Source: Microthyrium microscopicum (lineage: Eukaryota). Taken from it: a stretch of 36,224 nt of DNA. Below the pieces are notes generated by a model. That model did not search any database. It saw only the letters and a list, made by a program, of their open reading frames with translations, and was not told the origin of the DNA. Location: NCBI GenBank assembly GCA_010405405.1, contig MU004232.1:2735038-2771261 (forward strand). The letters are read 5' to 3'. Below are positions 13,690 to 26,782 of this stretch, piece after piece; within the stretch, counting starts at the first letter, position 1; each line of letters begins with the position of its first letter. The position numbers were made by a program, and so were the translations under genes.

Positions 13690-14690
13690 ATAGTTCTATA
13701 CTTAGGGTAGTACTTTCTAGAAAACTAGAAAACTATTTAGTTCTCTTTATAGCAATCCTAGCATTTTAGGCAATAGGCCTTTAAATAATTAGATATAGAA
13801 CTATATAGTAGTAAGTAAGCTTATTACTATACTATCCTTATAATATCTATCTTTATTAAGAATAGTAGTTAATAATCCTTAGGCCTATATCTAGGCTAAA
13901 GTAGTAGTATTTAGGGATATCTCTTTATAAAGTTCTTTATATAATTTTTACTTAATATTAACTTATAGATTATATTAGTCTTTACTCTAGTTACTATTAG
14001 TTAGCTATTTATACTATAGAATCCTAGTAATTAACTAATAGTCCTTTAATTATAGCCTATACTAGCTATCTACTTAGATAACTCTAATACTCTTAAAGAA
14101 AGTAATTACTTACTATTATATAATAGTACTTTTTTAATTTAGGTATCTATATTATTTTAGTAATGTATTTTTAGTCCTAAGCTAAAGGGAAAAGATTTAA
14201 ATAGTAAGTATTAGAGGATTAGACTAAATTATATAAAAAATCTCTAAAGGCTTTTATAAGCTAGGTAAAAAGCTTAGTCTATAATTTAACTATATAAGTA
14301 AAGTTAATTACTTTATTAGCTCTTATTTAATAACTTTTATAACAAGTAGGTAGCTTAAATACTTAGATTACTAGATAAAAGCTTATACTTAATAGTAGAC
14401 TACTTCTAAGGATGCTACTATAATTATAAGCTATAGTTCTAATAGGCTTAGCTTATTATAAAATATATATATATTCTATATACGTACGTAGTATTACTTA
14501 CTAAAGTATTAGTATAGCTCTTCTAAGAAATTATAGAGAGCTAAGATACTAACTAAAAGACTAAATAATAGGTACTTAATTAAGAATTAAAGCTAATATT
14601 ATAGGACGTCTAAAATATTATATAATTAAGTAAGAAATAGGTTTACTAGGAATTATTTAGATATTAATAATTAAGCTAAAATAGAGTAGG
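13690..14690 (-). pseudogene. RIP-degenerate hypothetical gene
   Basis: The 3' part reads …HEELYEEMSPD…QSFEGLLPEMLGLLQRELNGFLVF…; upstream structure unresolved. Confidence 0.3.
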
Positions 14691-14864
14691 CTTTAATATA
14701 GGGAGGAAGTATAAACAAAGTAGGAAAAGTAAAATAGTTAAGAGAGTTTCATTAATTTCTCTAAATAGTTAGACTAGAGCGTATTATTATAGCACGTTAT
14801 AAAAACCTTTATACTTTTAAAATTATTAAGCTAACTAAAGAGGCTACTATAGTATCTATATACT

Positions 14865-16380
14865 TTATACGTATCTTCTTATATTACTTATTTAGTTAAC
14901 GCAATTTATAAAAATCTATTTTAGTAAGTTACGCCTAATAATAAATTATAGAGATTTACTAAACGATATATTATAGCTTAGTAATAGATTAGAAGCAATA
15001 GTACTTTGTACTAAGAAAAGATCTATTTACCTTTAAGTAAAATAACCTACTACTTAATCTAAAATATTTTAGTCCTCTATAGCAACCTTATAATAAGAGC
15101 ATAGAGTTATTATTACTAATTTTTATAATATTATAATATCTTGCTCTAGTACTAATAAGGTATTTAGTATACTATTATAGTATATTTTAGATTTACTAGT
15201 AGATACTAAATATTATTATTATAGGTTTACTATTTACGCTATAACTATTTATTTAAGTAAATCTTCTAAGATAATAAGTAATTTAATTCATTATAAGTAT
15301 AAACTTTATAGCTAGGATACTAATAACTAAGCTTTTATTATATAACTTGTCTATACTACTATAGCTAGCCTTGCCTTAGGAATAGCCTAAGTCTTTACTA
15401 TTATATAACTATACATTAGTATATTTACTCTTAAAAATTTAGTAAGCTTAGGTAGTATTATTATACTTAATAGAATATATATCTTTTATACTTAAAAGTC
15501 TTACTATTTATAATAAGGTTAAAGAAATTATTACTTATTTACCTAAACTAATAAAATACTTCCTAAATAGGCCTAGTTATAAATAGCTTTTAACTAAGTA
15601 TACTAGTACTACTTATTCTTAAGGTCTTATATAGAAGCCTAAAGAAGTATTATATACTTAATTTTAGTCTAAACTTAGCTATCTTAGCTTAATAGTTAAG
15701 AATACACTAGTTAAACCTTATAGTTTATTTAAAAATAGCATTTTAAAGTATCTAAACCTTCGCTAAAACTAGATTATAAGCTATAACTTATTTAGACTAA
15801 ACTATAGGTTTTTTATTAACTATTATACTACTTTATAGCTAGTAGCTCTATATAAGCTTAATAGCAAGTATTATATATACTAGTCGTACGTATCTAAATA
15901 AACTTATTTAACTTTTTTACTAAATTTTAGATAGGTCTTCTCTATAAAATAAGCTCTTTATAGAAGCTTTTATTAATTACTCATAGATATAAGCGTCTAG
16001 GTCGTTTACTAAAATACTCTTTTAATCATTATTAAAAACTTACTACTAAATATTAATTTTAACTCTTTATTTTATCCTCTTAAGTAGACTCCTAAGTAAT
16101 TATATAATAATCTATTTTAAAAACTATAATTATAGCGTCTTAGGATAAAGAAGGTAGGTAATTATATAGTTTAAAACTTATATAGAGATATATTAAGCTA
16201 TATTTTAAACAGTTATTAGGTATATAAAACTATACTTTAAGTTAGCTTTATAGATAGCTAAAGAAATCTAAGTTAGAGACCTTTAATAATATTATTAAAC
16301 TTAAAGCAAAATTATTAACTAAGTTTAGACTCTATAGCCCTATAAGTAAAAGAGTAATAGAGTATTATTAGATTTTATTA
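14865..16380 (-). pseudogene. One or more RIP-degenerate hypothetical genes
   Basis: Protein-like minus frame ~14870-15480 (…YYDGVLDTLSVLEQDIV…MDLFLVQSTIASDP…LRFIIRRNLPEQIF…); upstream part poorly resolved. Confidence 0.3.
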
Positions 16381-16699
16381 TAAGTTTATAAAGCGAATAG
16401 ATAAGTAGTATATTTATAGTATATAAATACTATATTCTAAATAATTCTATAGCTTATTATAAAGATTAGTATTCTAAATCTATAAAGTTACTTCTTATTT
16501 TAACGTAAGAACTAGAACTCCTTATAGGGTTATAGTCTATCTTAGTTTATAGAATAAGATTACTTATAGAATATATTTAATAAGTAAAGATAATACTTAA
16601 GTTAGTTATAACGTATTTATTAGAATTATTAGTAGTAATTCTAAGTTAAGGTATAAGAAGATTACTATAAGGAGGGTTTATTTAATACTACTAAGCATT

Positions 16700-17649
16700 A
16701 TAAGTATAATATTCTATCTATACAACCTACTATTTAAAAGAGGTAGTATCCTAAGATATATTTATCTTTATTCTAAGTTAATTCTTTATAACTCTAGTAT
16801 TAGTAGGTTTAGAATTGCTTATAATAGTAGAATCTTTTATATTTAATAAAATGCTATAAGTAGAAAGGCTTAGATATTCTTTATTATAATAAGTAACTAT
16901 CTTTTGCTTACTAGTAAAGCATTTTAAATAGTATAGGTATTAGAATAGTTTAAATATCTTAAAGTATTTTTCCTTATACTTACGTAATAGTGTTTTATAG
17001 TTAAAAAGTTTTAGATACTTACGCTTAATACGGTAAGTAAAAGGCTATAATATATAGAATTAGTAATTTAAAAGCTTACTAAGTTAGAGGATAATTTTAC
17101 TTAATATAATTAATATTTATAGAAATTAATACTTAGTATATTGCATTTTACTATTATATAAGTAAGGCCTTTTGCTAGATAAAGTTAATAAGTAATAAAA
17201 TTATAGCTAAGCCTACAACTTACTCTTTTTGTAGCTAGAGAAGTATTAGTAGTACACTTTTATTTATAGTTAAGGATCTAAATTTTATATACTTACTAAC
17301 GTAACTTGCAGTTTTTAGTAATCTTTAATTTAATTTTATAGTTTAATTTTACTTTTATATCTTTACTATATTTGCTATATTCGCTATATATATCTTTTAT
17401 TTTGTTTTAGTACTTTTTAACGTATTTTTATAGATTTATTATACGTCTATAGCGCTAACTATAAAGCTAATATTTTAGTAAAGAACTTATTTAGTATAGC
17501 TATTCTAAGTAGCTACTTACTACTACTTTGCTACGACATAGATTCTTTTTTTGTACTATAATAATAGTATTATAACGCGCCACGTAAGTAAAGTATTCAT
17601 TAAGTAGACTTTCATTCTTTTCTAGCGTCTATTTAGGTTTAAGTAGTAT
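16700..17649 (-). pseudogene. C2H2 zinc-finger protein (three fingers), multi-intron RIP pseudogene
   Basis: De-RIP of 16872-17040 gives PFAC-x5-C-x12-H-x3-H followed by KPFQC-x2-C-x12-H-x4-H. An upstream finger NLC…C GQRYRRVTNLRKHVEKH is split by an intron at 17467-17520 (gtaagt…tag), and another gtaagt…ctag intron lies at 17175-17223. Confidence 0.8.
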
Positions 17650-18189
17650 ATCTTTCTATTTAAACAAGAAAGAAGTATTAAATAGAATCTAATATTAAAG
17701 AAAGATAAGTAGATAAAAGAAAAGGAAGTTAGAATAAGATAAGAATTACTTTATAACTACCTACACTATATAGTTATCCTTAGTTAGGTTTTATAAAGTA
17801 ATTAGTACTTATATAGCGCTACTTACTTCCTTTTTCTCATAGAATACTAAGATAAAATAATAAAATTATAAAAAGAATTAGGTAATTAAATAGTAGGTTA
17901 TCTTTCTTACTATATTTTATAAAATAATAATAAGATTTAAGATTATTAGGTAAATTTAACTACGTTATACTAGAAGGTATATATTCTCTCTTAGGTATTT
18001 AATCTATATTTAAGATATCTACTTATATAGCTATATTAAAATATCTAAACGTAATTATAATATAGTCTAGAGCGCTATATTCCTACTAAACTAATAGTCT
18101 ATTCTAGTTTCTAGCTAATTAAAAATATATTAGCTATTTACTACTATATTATTACTTTAGCTAGTATTTTGCATAGGTTAAAATTTAAG

Positions 18190-18840
18190 ATAATTAGTAA
18201 TAGTAATTATAGATTAGGTAATATAGTAATATAATACGAAGTCTCTTATAAGTTCTATTCCTTAAATTAATAATTATAATATTAAGAGTGCTAATAATGC
18301 TAATAAGATATTTAATACTTATTATTACTTTACTTTAGCTTATATTATAGTTTACTATAACTCCTATACTAGATGATTTAGTTAGTAATCTTTTAGCTAA
18401 GTTAATGCCTAATACTTATTTATAGACTAATAGAATTATATTTTTATAAAATTTCTTTTCTAGTATACCTCCTACTTAACTATAGCTAGATTCCTAAAGT
18501 ATTACTATTATCTTTAAGCTGTCTAAAATTTTTTTAATATTATTTATAGATATATTAATAGTAATAACTATTATAATTAGTCTTATCTAGCTCCTAATAA
18601 AGAAGAAGGTTATACGTCTTTAGTTAGTTAGTAAGCTTAAGTAAATAAACTATTTTTATATAAGGCTTTTTAGCATAATACTTTTTAGTATAGTTTTAAA
18701 GCCTTTAGCTAGTATAATAATATCTAATATAGACTTTATTAGTTTTTTTATAGGTTTAACTACTATGTCTTTAGATTCTACCTATTACTAAGTATGCTGC
18801 TTTAGGCTTTACTAGAGTTATAGTAGGGTAGAAAGTATAT
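18190..18840 (-). pseudogene. RIP-degenerate hypothetical gene
   Basis: Stop-poor minus frame (…RRVTFFFIRSQMGPIMMVITIDVSVDDVEKI…ERVLGIDLAERLLTESSGVGVVVNHD…). Confidence 0.4.
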
Positions 18841-19426
18841 TAAATATTATTTAGGATACTATAGTTTAATTTAGTATTAAAAGAGTTAGATTTAATACTA
18901 ACTTAATATAAGATAGAAGTATTTAGTAGGAATAGGATAACTTGTAAGTTATAAGGACCTTAATTCTATATATACTAGTCCTTATAGTATAGGTAATACT
19001 AGAATTAGCTATATAGCTAGCCTTAGTATTTAGTAGTATTTAGGATCCTTTGTTTAGTAGCTAGCCCTATTTAAAAGTAACGTGTACTATAATGCTAAAA
19101 TATCTTATTAAATAGTAGGTAATTTATAGGACTAAGTATTTTAGCAATATTTACTTTAGTATACAAGTTAGAAATAGTTATATAGTAATAAGAAGGCTTA
19201 GATAGAATATTTAATTTAAGAGAAGACTATTTTTCTATACTTTGCTATTTAAGATAGTACTTAATGCTTTAGGTAAGAAAGTTAAATAGAGAATTTATAT
19301 AGAAATATACCTAATATATAGGAGTACCTTTAATAGTAAGATAGAAACCTTAATACTATACTAATATAAATATCTAAATAGACGTAGCTTTCTACGTTTT
19401 CTATACTATATAGAAGAAAAGGGTAG

Positions 19427-20851
19427 TTATAGTTTACTTCTTGCTAGTTTAATCGTAATCTCCTATTATAATTAGGCTTAAGCTTAGGATTCTACTTCTA
19501 TAATTACTTTATATTAAACCTTATACTTTAAAAGAAATCCTTATACCTATATAGTAAATAGCTTATTAATTAGTAATTTATAAGTAAAGTCTTAGGCATT
19601 TTATTTTATTACCTCCTTCTAATATATAAGTTTAAAAAGGCTTATATTATTTTTAAAGGTAGTAAGCTTAAATTTATAATAAAAATTTATATATCTAGAT
19701 TAAGTTAAAGCCTTAAGTACTTTTATTTTCTTTAGGTTATTAGTAGTTATAATAAGAACTTATCTTAGTTAATTACTAGTTATATTATTAATTACGTTTA
19801 ATAAACTAGACATTAATAATATAGATAGTACTAGGCTAATATTTATTTCTTAGCTACTCTAGCTTTTAATAGAGGTATTAATATTCTTTATTAGTAGAAG
19901 ACTATAAGGCTTAAGTTTATTAAGAAGGTGCTTAAGCTTAGCTTTACTTTTAATATTCGTTAGAGAGAGTTCATATAGAATTAGTCTAAATATAGTTACT
20001 AGCTCTTTACTAAGGCTAGTTTTCTTAGTTTTAAGAGGGCTATAGAAGAGATAACCTTATTTATAAAATATATCTTAATGTCTATATAGCTCTTTAGAGG
20101 CTAAGAACTCTATTAGATTTATAATAACTACGTTTTTTATTACTAGAGATATAATAACTATATTATAAAGGTATAAGCCTCTAATATATTTAATTTAAGG
20201 AAACTAAGATATATAAGTTTAGTTATAGAACGCTAGTATATATATTTTAATATTTTTCGTATTTTTTTTAAGGTCTTAATTATTTATATAATTTAATAGA
20301 TTATGAATATAACCTAGATAAAGTAGTGCCTAAATAATAAGAGGTAGGATAATACTATTGTTACTAAATAACTTATTTAAAGAAATAAGAAGAAGATAAA
20401 AGAAAAATATACTATAGTTAAAAAAAGTAATATACTATTAATATTTAAGTTTATAACTAATTATTTGCAATAGCTTATAAATCTAAGAATTTAGCTAGTT
20501 CTTTAAGTTAGGAATAACTAGTTCTAAGTTACTTTAAGAGAAAGCTTAGAGATATTATATAATATTCTAGGAGGTAGAGTACTAATCTATATATATATAA
20601 TATAAGCTATTATTTACTACTATTTCTATAGATGCTATAAGGTAAGGATAGACTCTTAATAAAACGTATAGTATAATAACTATACTAATAATTATTAGCG
20701 TAATATCTTAATTAATTAACTTATTAATAGTATTTCTTAGGATATTAGCAACCTATAAAAGGCCTAGAATAAGAAAGCTAAGAATACCTAGAGAGCTTGC
20801 TAGCGCTACGCGCTCTAGAGTATACTCTATAGTACTATTTATAGCGTTTAT
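19427..20851 (-). pseudogene. BCS1-like AAA+ ATPase (RIP pseudogene)
   Basis: One continuous frame with an N-terminal LSFLIPG and hydrophobic TM-like segment, then MASIEI…Y…W (BCS1_N-like). This is followed by RGYLFHGPPGTGKTS-like Walker A (~20015-20060), LLLMEDID Walker B, SGLLNVID, RVLIMTTN…EALTRSGHVD and …QVQGFLL. Confidence 0.92.
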
Positions 20852-20952
20852 TTAATAAATAAAATTAAGTATAAGAGTATATTTAGTAAAGATTAGTAAG
20901 TATATTATTAGTTGCTATATTTTAAGGAATATTACGTATTTTAAATAATTAT

Positions 20953-21423
20953 ATAGATACCTATAGCCTAAGAGAGAAGCGTACTAGAATACTTATACTA
21001 AACCTAAACTATAGATAGAACCTATTTTGTTTAATATATAGGTCTAACAATATTCTATAGAATACTATATATAATAATAGAGAAGCTATATTTCTTTACG
21101 CACAATAAGTATAGTAGCTTAGGTGCTATTATAGGCTATATAGAGAAGAAATTAATAGGTTAACAAAGTATTACGTTATAGTAGCCCCTATAGCTATAAA
21201 ATTAGTAACTTAATAAAAGAGGTTAGCCTATAGTAAGGACGCTTTAGTAGCTTATATTACGTAGCTACGCTATTATTTATACGTAATTAAGAAATCCTAG
21301 CGTATATTTAAGATAAAATCTATATAGAGAACTTAATAACTATATTTATATACGCTACTTAGATAGAGGCTAATATTTAGTTTATTATTAAGGAGAATTT
21401 ATTATACGTTATTTATAAGTTAG
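20953..21423 (+). pseudogene. Small RIP-degenerate hypothetical gene divergent from BCS1-like gene
   Basis: Plus frame MDTHGPR…LFCSMCGSDN…RLAYSKDALVAHITQLRHHL…. Confidence 0.35.
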
Positions 21424-21443
21424 TTAGTATAAACTACTCTAAT

Positions 21444-21900
21444 TTAAATCTTTGCTTTTAGAATCTTAAGCGCTAATATAAGTATAATTATAATTAGCTT
21501 ACTCATAAAGAGTCTTTTAAGTAAGTAAAGCTATTTTATAGTAAATATATTATATTAAGTTATAGCGCTACTCACTTAAAACCTAGGTTTAATTCTTTAA
21601 GACATAAAAGAGTAAGTAGTTTAGGATTCTATTAATTCTATTAAACTAAGATAAGAGGCTTTTACTCCTTAGTACTATTTATAGCAAATACTACTTTAGT
21701 ATAACTTATTAGGGACTATCTTAATAATAATTCTAATTGCGTAATATTAAAGTACTAAGTTCTTTTATTCTACGTCTTTAAGGTATATCTTAGCTTAGAC
21801 TAATACGTAGCCTTTATTACTTTAATAACCTTTAAGGAGCGGATTTTATGCCCTCTATATATAAAGTCGCCTTTATAGAACTTCTATAATATAATTAGCT
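21444..21900 (-). pseudogene. Small RIP-degenerate hypothetical gene
   Basis: Minus frame …VEVLQRRLYMQRAQNPLLEG…YAIGIIIEMVPD…; convergent with the previous relic. Confidence 0.3.
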
Positions 21901-22649
21901 CTAGTACTTATAGTTTTATTAAGTATACTATACTTTAATAATTAATATAAATATTATCCTTTAAAATATATTAAGCTATAGCTACTTAAGTTAACTTCTA
22001 GCTAGTTAAGATAAATATAAAAAAAAGGTAAACTATTAAGATAGACTAAGTAAGTATAGCGTACCTAAATAAGTAAATAGGTAACTATCTACTTACTTAG
22101 TAACTATTATATATCTTGCTAGATATTTACTCCTAGTAACCCTAACTAATTACCTATATTATAGTTTATTTTAGTAGTTAAGTTAGTAAATAGTAGATTT
22201 AGTTTAGTAGTAAAACTAAATATAATGTACTAGTAATAATAGTTATAACTAACGTATATTATAATATAATTACCCTAATATATAAGTTCTTTAGCTTTAA
22301 TTAGTATAGCTATAAACCCTTATCGTACGTTATAGGCTAAAAGGTAACTATACTAAGTTTTTTATTTATAATATTATTAAAGTAATTCTTATTAAGTAAA
22401 GGAGTAGGATTAGATATTACTACCTTAAAGTAATAAGTTTACTTCTACTATTTACTAATATAATATTAAGTATATTTCTTTTTTATATTCTAGCCTACTT
22501 TATATATATATTATAGTTCTACGCTACGATTAGCTTTTATAACGTAAATATATATATTAAGGTATTTCTACTTTAATAATTACGCTCTAAGTAATTTATA
22601 ATAGCTACTATATAAGTAGTTATAGAAAAACCTACTACTATACGTATAC

Positions 22650-25520
22650 TATTTTAATAGTACTTACTACTATCTTAAATAAGTTATTATATAGGGTTTA
22701 AAGTAATTAGTATAGAGTTTAATAGAAGCTAATCTAAACTTTAATACTCTTTTACTAACTTTAAGAGTAGTTATAAATAAAATCCTATCTAAGTTCTTCT
22801 TAACCTACTTTTAGTTTTTTATCTAAGTAACTTCTACTAGTTAAGAATCTTCTTCTCTTTATTTTTAGATTATAATAGTGTATTAAAGTACGTAAAAATA
22901 TATTATTCTTTATAGTTTTATACTAAAGACTCTATAATATAAGTAAAAAAGAAGATATAGTAATTTATTATTTATTAGAGTATAGTAATATCTCTTTTAA
23001 GGATTATTATACTTTACGTAGCTTATTTAACTTAGCTTAGATTAGGAAAGTATTTCTTACTACGCTTTATAAAACTATTTTTAGTACTAATACGTAGATA
23101 TAAGTATAAAGTAAGCGAGATAATATAAGGGTAGCTCTATATAAAAGAACTATATAAAACTATACTAATATATTTTATAGTTAGGATAGTTAATTAATAA
23201 GACTACCTATTAAGGTACTTATAAGAATTATATTCTTTAGTTTAGATAGAGTAGATATTATTTATCTTATATTATTTTATAAGGAGTTATAGCTTCGTTT
23301 ATATAAAAAGACTTAAGAAGAGGTAGTAAAAAATTATATATAGTAGGCTAGTAATTTCCTTACTTTCTCTTCTAAGAAGTCCTCTATAGTAATTCCTAAG
23401 CTAAGAAATAGTTAAGGAGCCTATAGTAGGTCTTTTAGCCTTAATACTCTCTTTAGAACTAAAGTTATTATAGTTATTAAGATTATAGAACTTATTAAGT
23501 AGTTATACTTCTTATATAATTTGTATATTTACTATACCTTAACTTAATTTAAGTTAAAGGTAATAATTAGATTCGTCCTTAAGCTAATATCTTTATCTCT
23601 TTTACTACGCTTAGAAATCCTTTTCTTTTAGGTATTATAGATTTTACGCAATATAATAGTAAAGTTATACGTATAGCTTAAGATAATTACTAAAGAAGTA
23701 TACTTAGCGTATTTATATAATTTACTAATATTTAGTTTTAGATAGTTTATTATTTTTATAATATAGCTTTCTATAAGTACTAGTCTATTGTGGCGCGAGA
23801 AATAGGTAGGAAATTAACTAGATATAATGGTTTCTAGTAATAAACTTAAGAGGTAGGTAGATATTAATAATAGATTTACTTTCCTTTTAAGGCTAGATGT
23901 AGAAGTAATAGATTATATAGAGCTAAATAGGTTCTTTCTTTTATATAATAAAGATCTAATAATTTAAATAATAAAGTCTATATAATCTTTTCGTATTAAT
24001 ATAGGAAATTTTGCTTCTATTTTATTATAATTTAATGTTATATATTAATACTATTATGTAAGTAATAATTGCCTAAATAGACTTGCTTTACTAATATATT
24101 GTTTAAAGTATTATAGTCTTAGCAATATAGTGCGTATTATTTTCTTAATAAATCGTACGAGTAAGTAATAATTATATACTTAATAGGGATTAATAACTTT
24201 ATTATTAGGCATATCCTTATCTCTAGGATAGTCTAAAGAAAGAACTATATTGCTAATTAAGGCCTCCTATTCTAATCTTTTAACTAGTCTTATTAAAGTA
24301 GACTTAAAGAAGGCTAGAAGCTAGGTATATTTTAATTTATTAGGTACTTAAGTAGATAGTTTTTAGAGCTTAAGGCTCTACTTAATTTTTGTACTTCTAT
24401 ATTTTGTTTATAACTATTTAGCTATCTTCTTTCTTAATATTATAATAGTCTAGATTATTCTTCTTCTAGGTTTAATTAGTATATATCTATAACGTAGTAA
24501 AGTATTTCTAGTATTATACTTTATATTAAAGTAGGGCATTAATTTAATAAAACTTATTCCTTTCTAAAAGCGTATTACTTTAAAGTTGCTTACTAATATA
24601 AGACGAGGTCTAATTTTAGTAGCTAAAAAGGAGAAGCTAGTACTATCTTAAGTAGCTATAACTTCTTCATTCTTATTAATATTAACTATATTTAGTTCTT
24701 CTTTATTTAAAGTACACTTAACTATAATTTCTAGGTTTCTACTTATTAGCGTAAATATAACGATAATATATTAGAATAATACGCTTTATTAGCTAGAAAA
24801 TAGAGGTATAATCCTTAAGTCCTTACTTAATTCTATAGTAGTATCTTTTATACTTAATTATAATAGTAAGAATATAATTAATATAGAGCTTTTATTAGCA
24901 AAGCCTAATATTAAAGAGTTTTATAAATAATTAATACTAAGGATATAATTATTATATTTAGAAACCTATAAGTAATAAGCTTTATTAGTTTTACTTAAGA
25001 TGTTGTAAGTTATAAGAAAGAGATTAAAGACTAACGTTCTAGTAGTAGTACTTCTTCTAAAGGTCTTAGGTAACCTAATCTCTAGATTAGGCGTAGCCTA
25101 GTCTAAGTTATCTATATCTAAAACCTAATTAGCTATAGAAGCTTAGTACTTTTAGTAAAAGAAGCTAATTCCTTTTAGTTATTACTATTACTTCTATAGC
25201 TTAGGATAAATTAAGCTAAGATATAAGCTTTATTAAGTAAGTAGACTTCTATATAATTATTAGTATAACTAACTATTTAATAGAGCAACTTTTCTAAAAA
25301 TAGCTTTATAAATGAACTTAAAGAGCTTCATAGCTATCTTTAACTTAGCTACTAAGAATAGTACTATCTCTATAAGAAGGACCTAAATTATTATATAATT
25401 AACTAAGCCTAAGTATTTTTTGTAGACTATTTTTAGTAGGTCTTAGAAAATAAGGTTACTAATTTAACTTCTAATTAACTTTAGTATAAAATTTAAAAGC
25501 TAATCTATAACTATTCATAA
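22650..25520 (-). pseudogene. Long (~950 codon) apparently intronless hypothetical gene (RIP pseudogene)
   Basis: One minus-strand register stays protein-like for ~2.9 kb (…TLVFNLFPVTYNISG…EEELDVVDIDENEEV…YLLVRFIEKMMRTMLPR…FPTYFSRHNRPVLVE…GIAMEDFSEEKVRELPAYY…). No family recognised. Confidence 0.55.
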
Positions 25521-25649
25521 AGAGTTATATTAGACTTAGTTTAGGATTATTCTCTAGTAAGGTAAGAGATAAAGCTTACTAGTAAGTGCTTATAGATTAT
25601 ACAACTATATATTAAGATAATTAGATTACTAAAGCTATATAGTAAGTAT

Positions 25650-26640
25650 AGCTAGAAACTACTTAAAACTATATAGAGACTTAGTTTATAACTATAAAAT
25701 TATATATAGGTAGTAGTACTCTAATTTTATAAATAATATAGAATACTTTAATAGTATTTGCTATATTAGTAGTTATTATAATAATAGACTATATAAATAA
25801 CTTTAAGCACTACTTAGTTATTTCTTATAACCCTTAATAATTTTCTATAATATTATTAAAGAATTTATAGTAAAGATAGAGGAATATCTAGCTATTAGTA
25901 AACCTCTAGTAAAGTATACTAGTAAGATTATTACTAAAAATAAAATAAAGATATTTAGAAATTAGGGTAAATACAATCTAGTAAGTTATTATTTATAATT
26001 TATTATTAGATAAAATAACTAACTAAACTAGTATATAATATTATTTAATAGTAAATATATTAACGCTTTTAATTACTATATACTAGCTTAATATATTTAA
26101 TACTCTTATAACTTAAACTCTTATATTAGAGAGTAGGTAGTAGATAGTAAGATATACTTACTAATCTTTATAAAGAAACCTATTAAGAAGTCTAAGAAGA
26201 TTATAATAAGGTTAGTTTATAAATATATAACGTAATTCTTTAATTAATAAGTTCTTTAGTTCTTTACCTATTTCTAAGCGAAAGTATTAATATAGTGTCC
26301 TAACTTATTCTAATAACTCTAGGGCTTAAATTTAGTAAAGGAAGTAAGTAGAGAATAATATAACTATATCTAAAAGTAACTCTATATATATTAGTTTTTA
26401 ATTATTTTAACTAAAAACTACTTCATTGCTTTATTACTATATAAGACTAAGAACTATAATAATAATAAAGATTAAGAATCTAGCTACCTAATATATAGAG
26501 TAAGCGCCTAAAAGAATTTTAGAAAGACGTTATAGAAGCATAAATTAGATATTTACCTCTTTTATTATAGGCTTTATTTAATCTTTACGCTTATAGTTAA
26601 TAAACTATATAATAGTTTTACGTTTCTTAAGATTATTATA
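25650..26640 (-). pseudogene. RIP-degenerate hypothetical gene
   Basis: Minus frame …FMLLQRLSKILLGA…ALELLEQVRTLYQYFRLEIGKELKNLSIEELR…. Confidence 0.35.
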
Positions 26641-26782
26641 TTATCTTTTTATAATAACTACTTACGTACTATAGCTCCTAACTTATTAAAGTATTAAAAC
26701 TCCTTATTCGTATCTACGTTTTAGAACCTTTTAAACTAGTTATATTTTATATATCTATACTAATTTTAAGTTAGAAATAGCT

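Noticed and set aside
22045..22101. 12-bp inverted repeat actaagtaagta / tacttacttagt in an intergenic gap
   Set aside because: It is made of the low-complexity TA/AGT words that RIP generates everywhere, has no TSD, and a chance match is likely.
22138..22320. Scattered ccctaa (telomere-like) hexamers
   Set aside because: Only isolated single units, with no tandem array.
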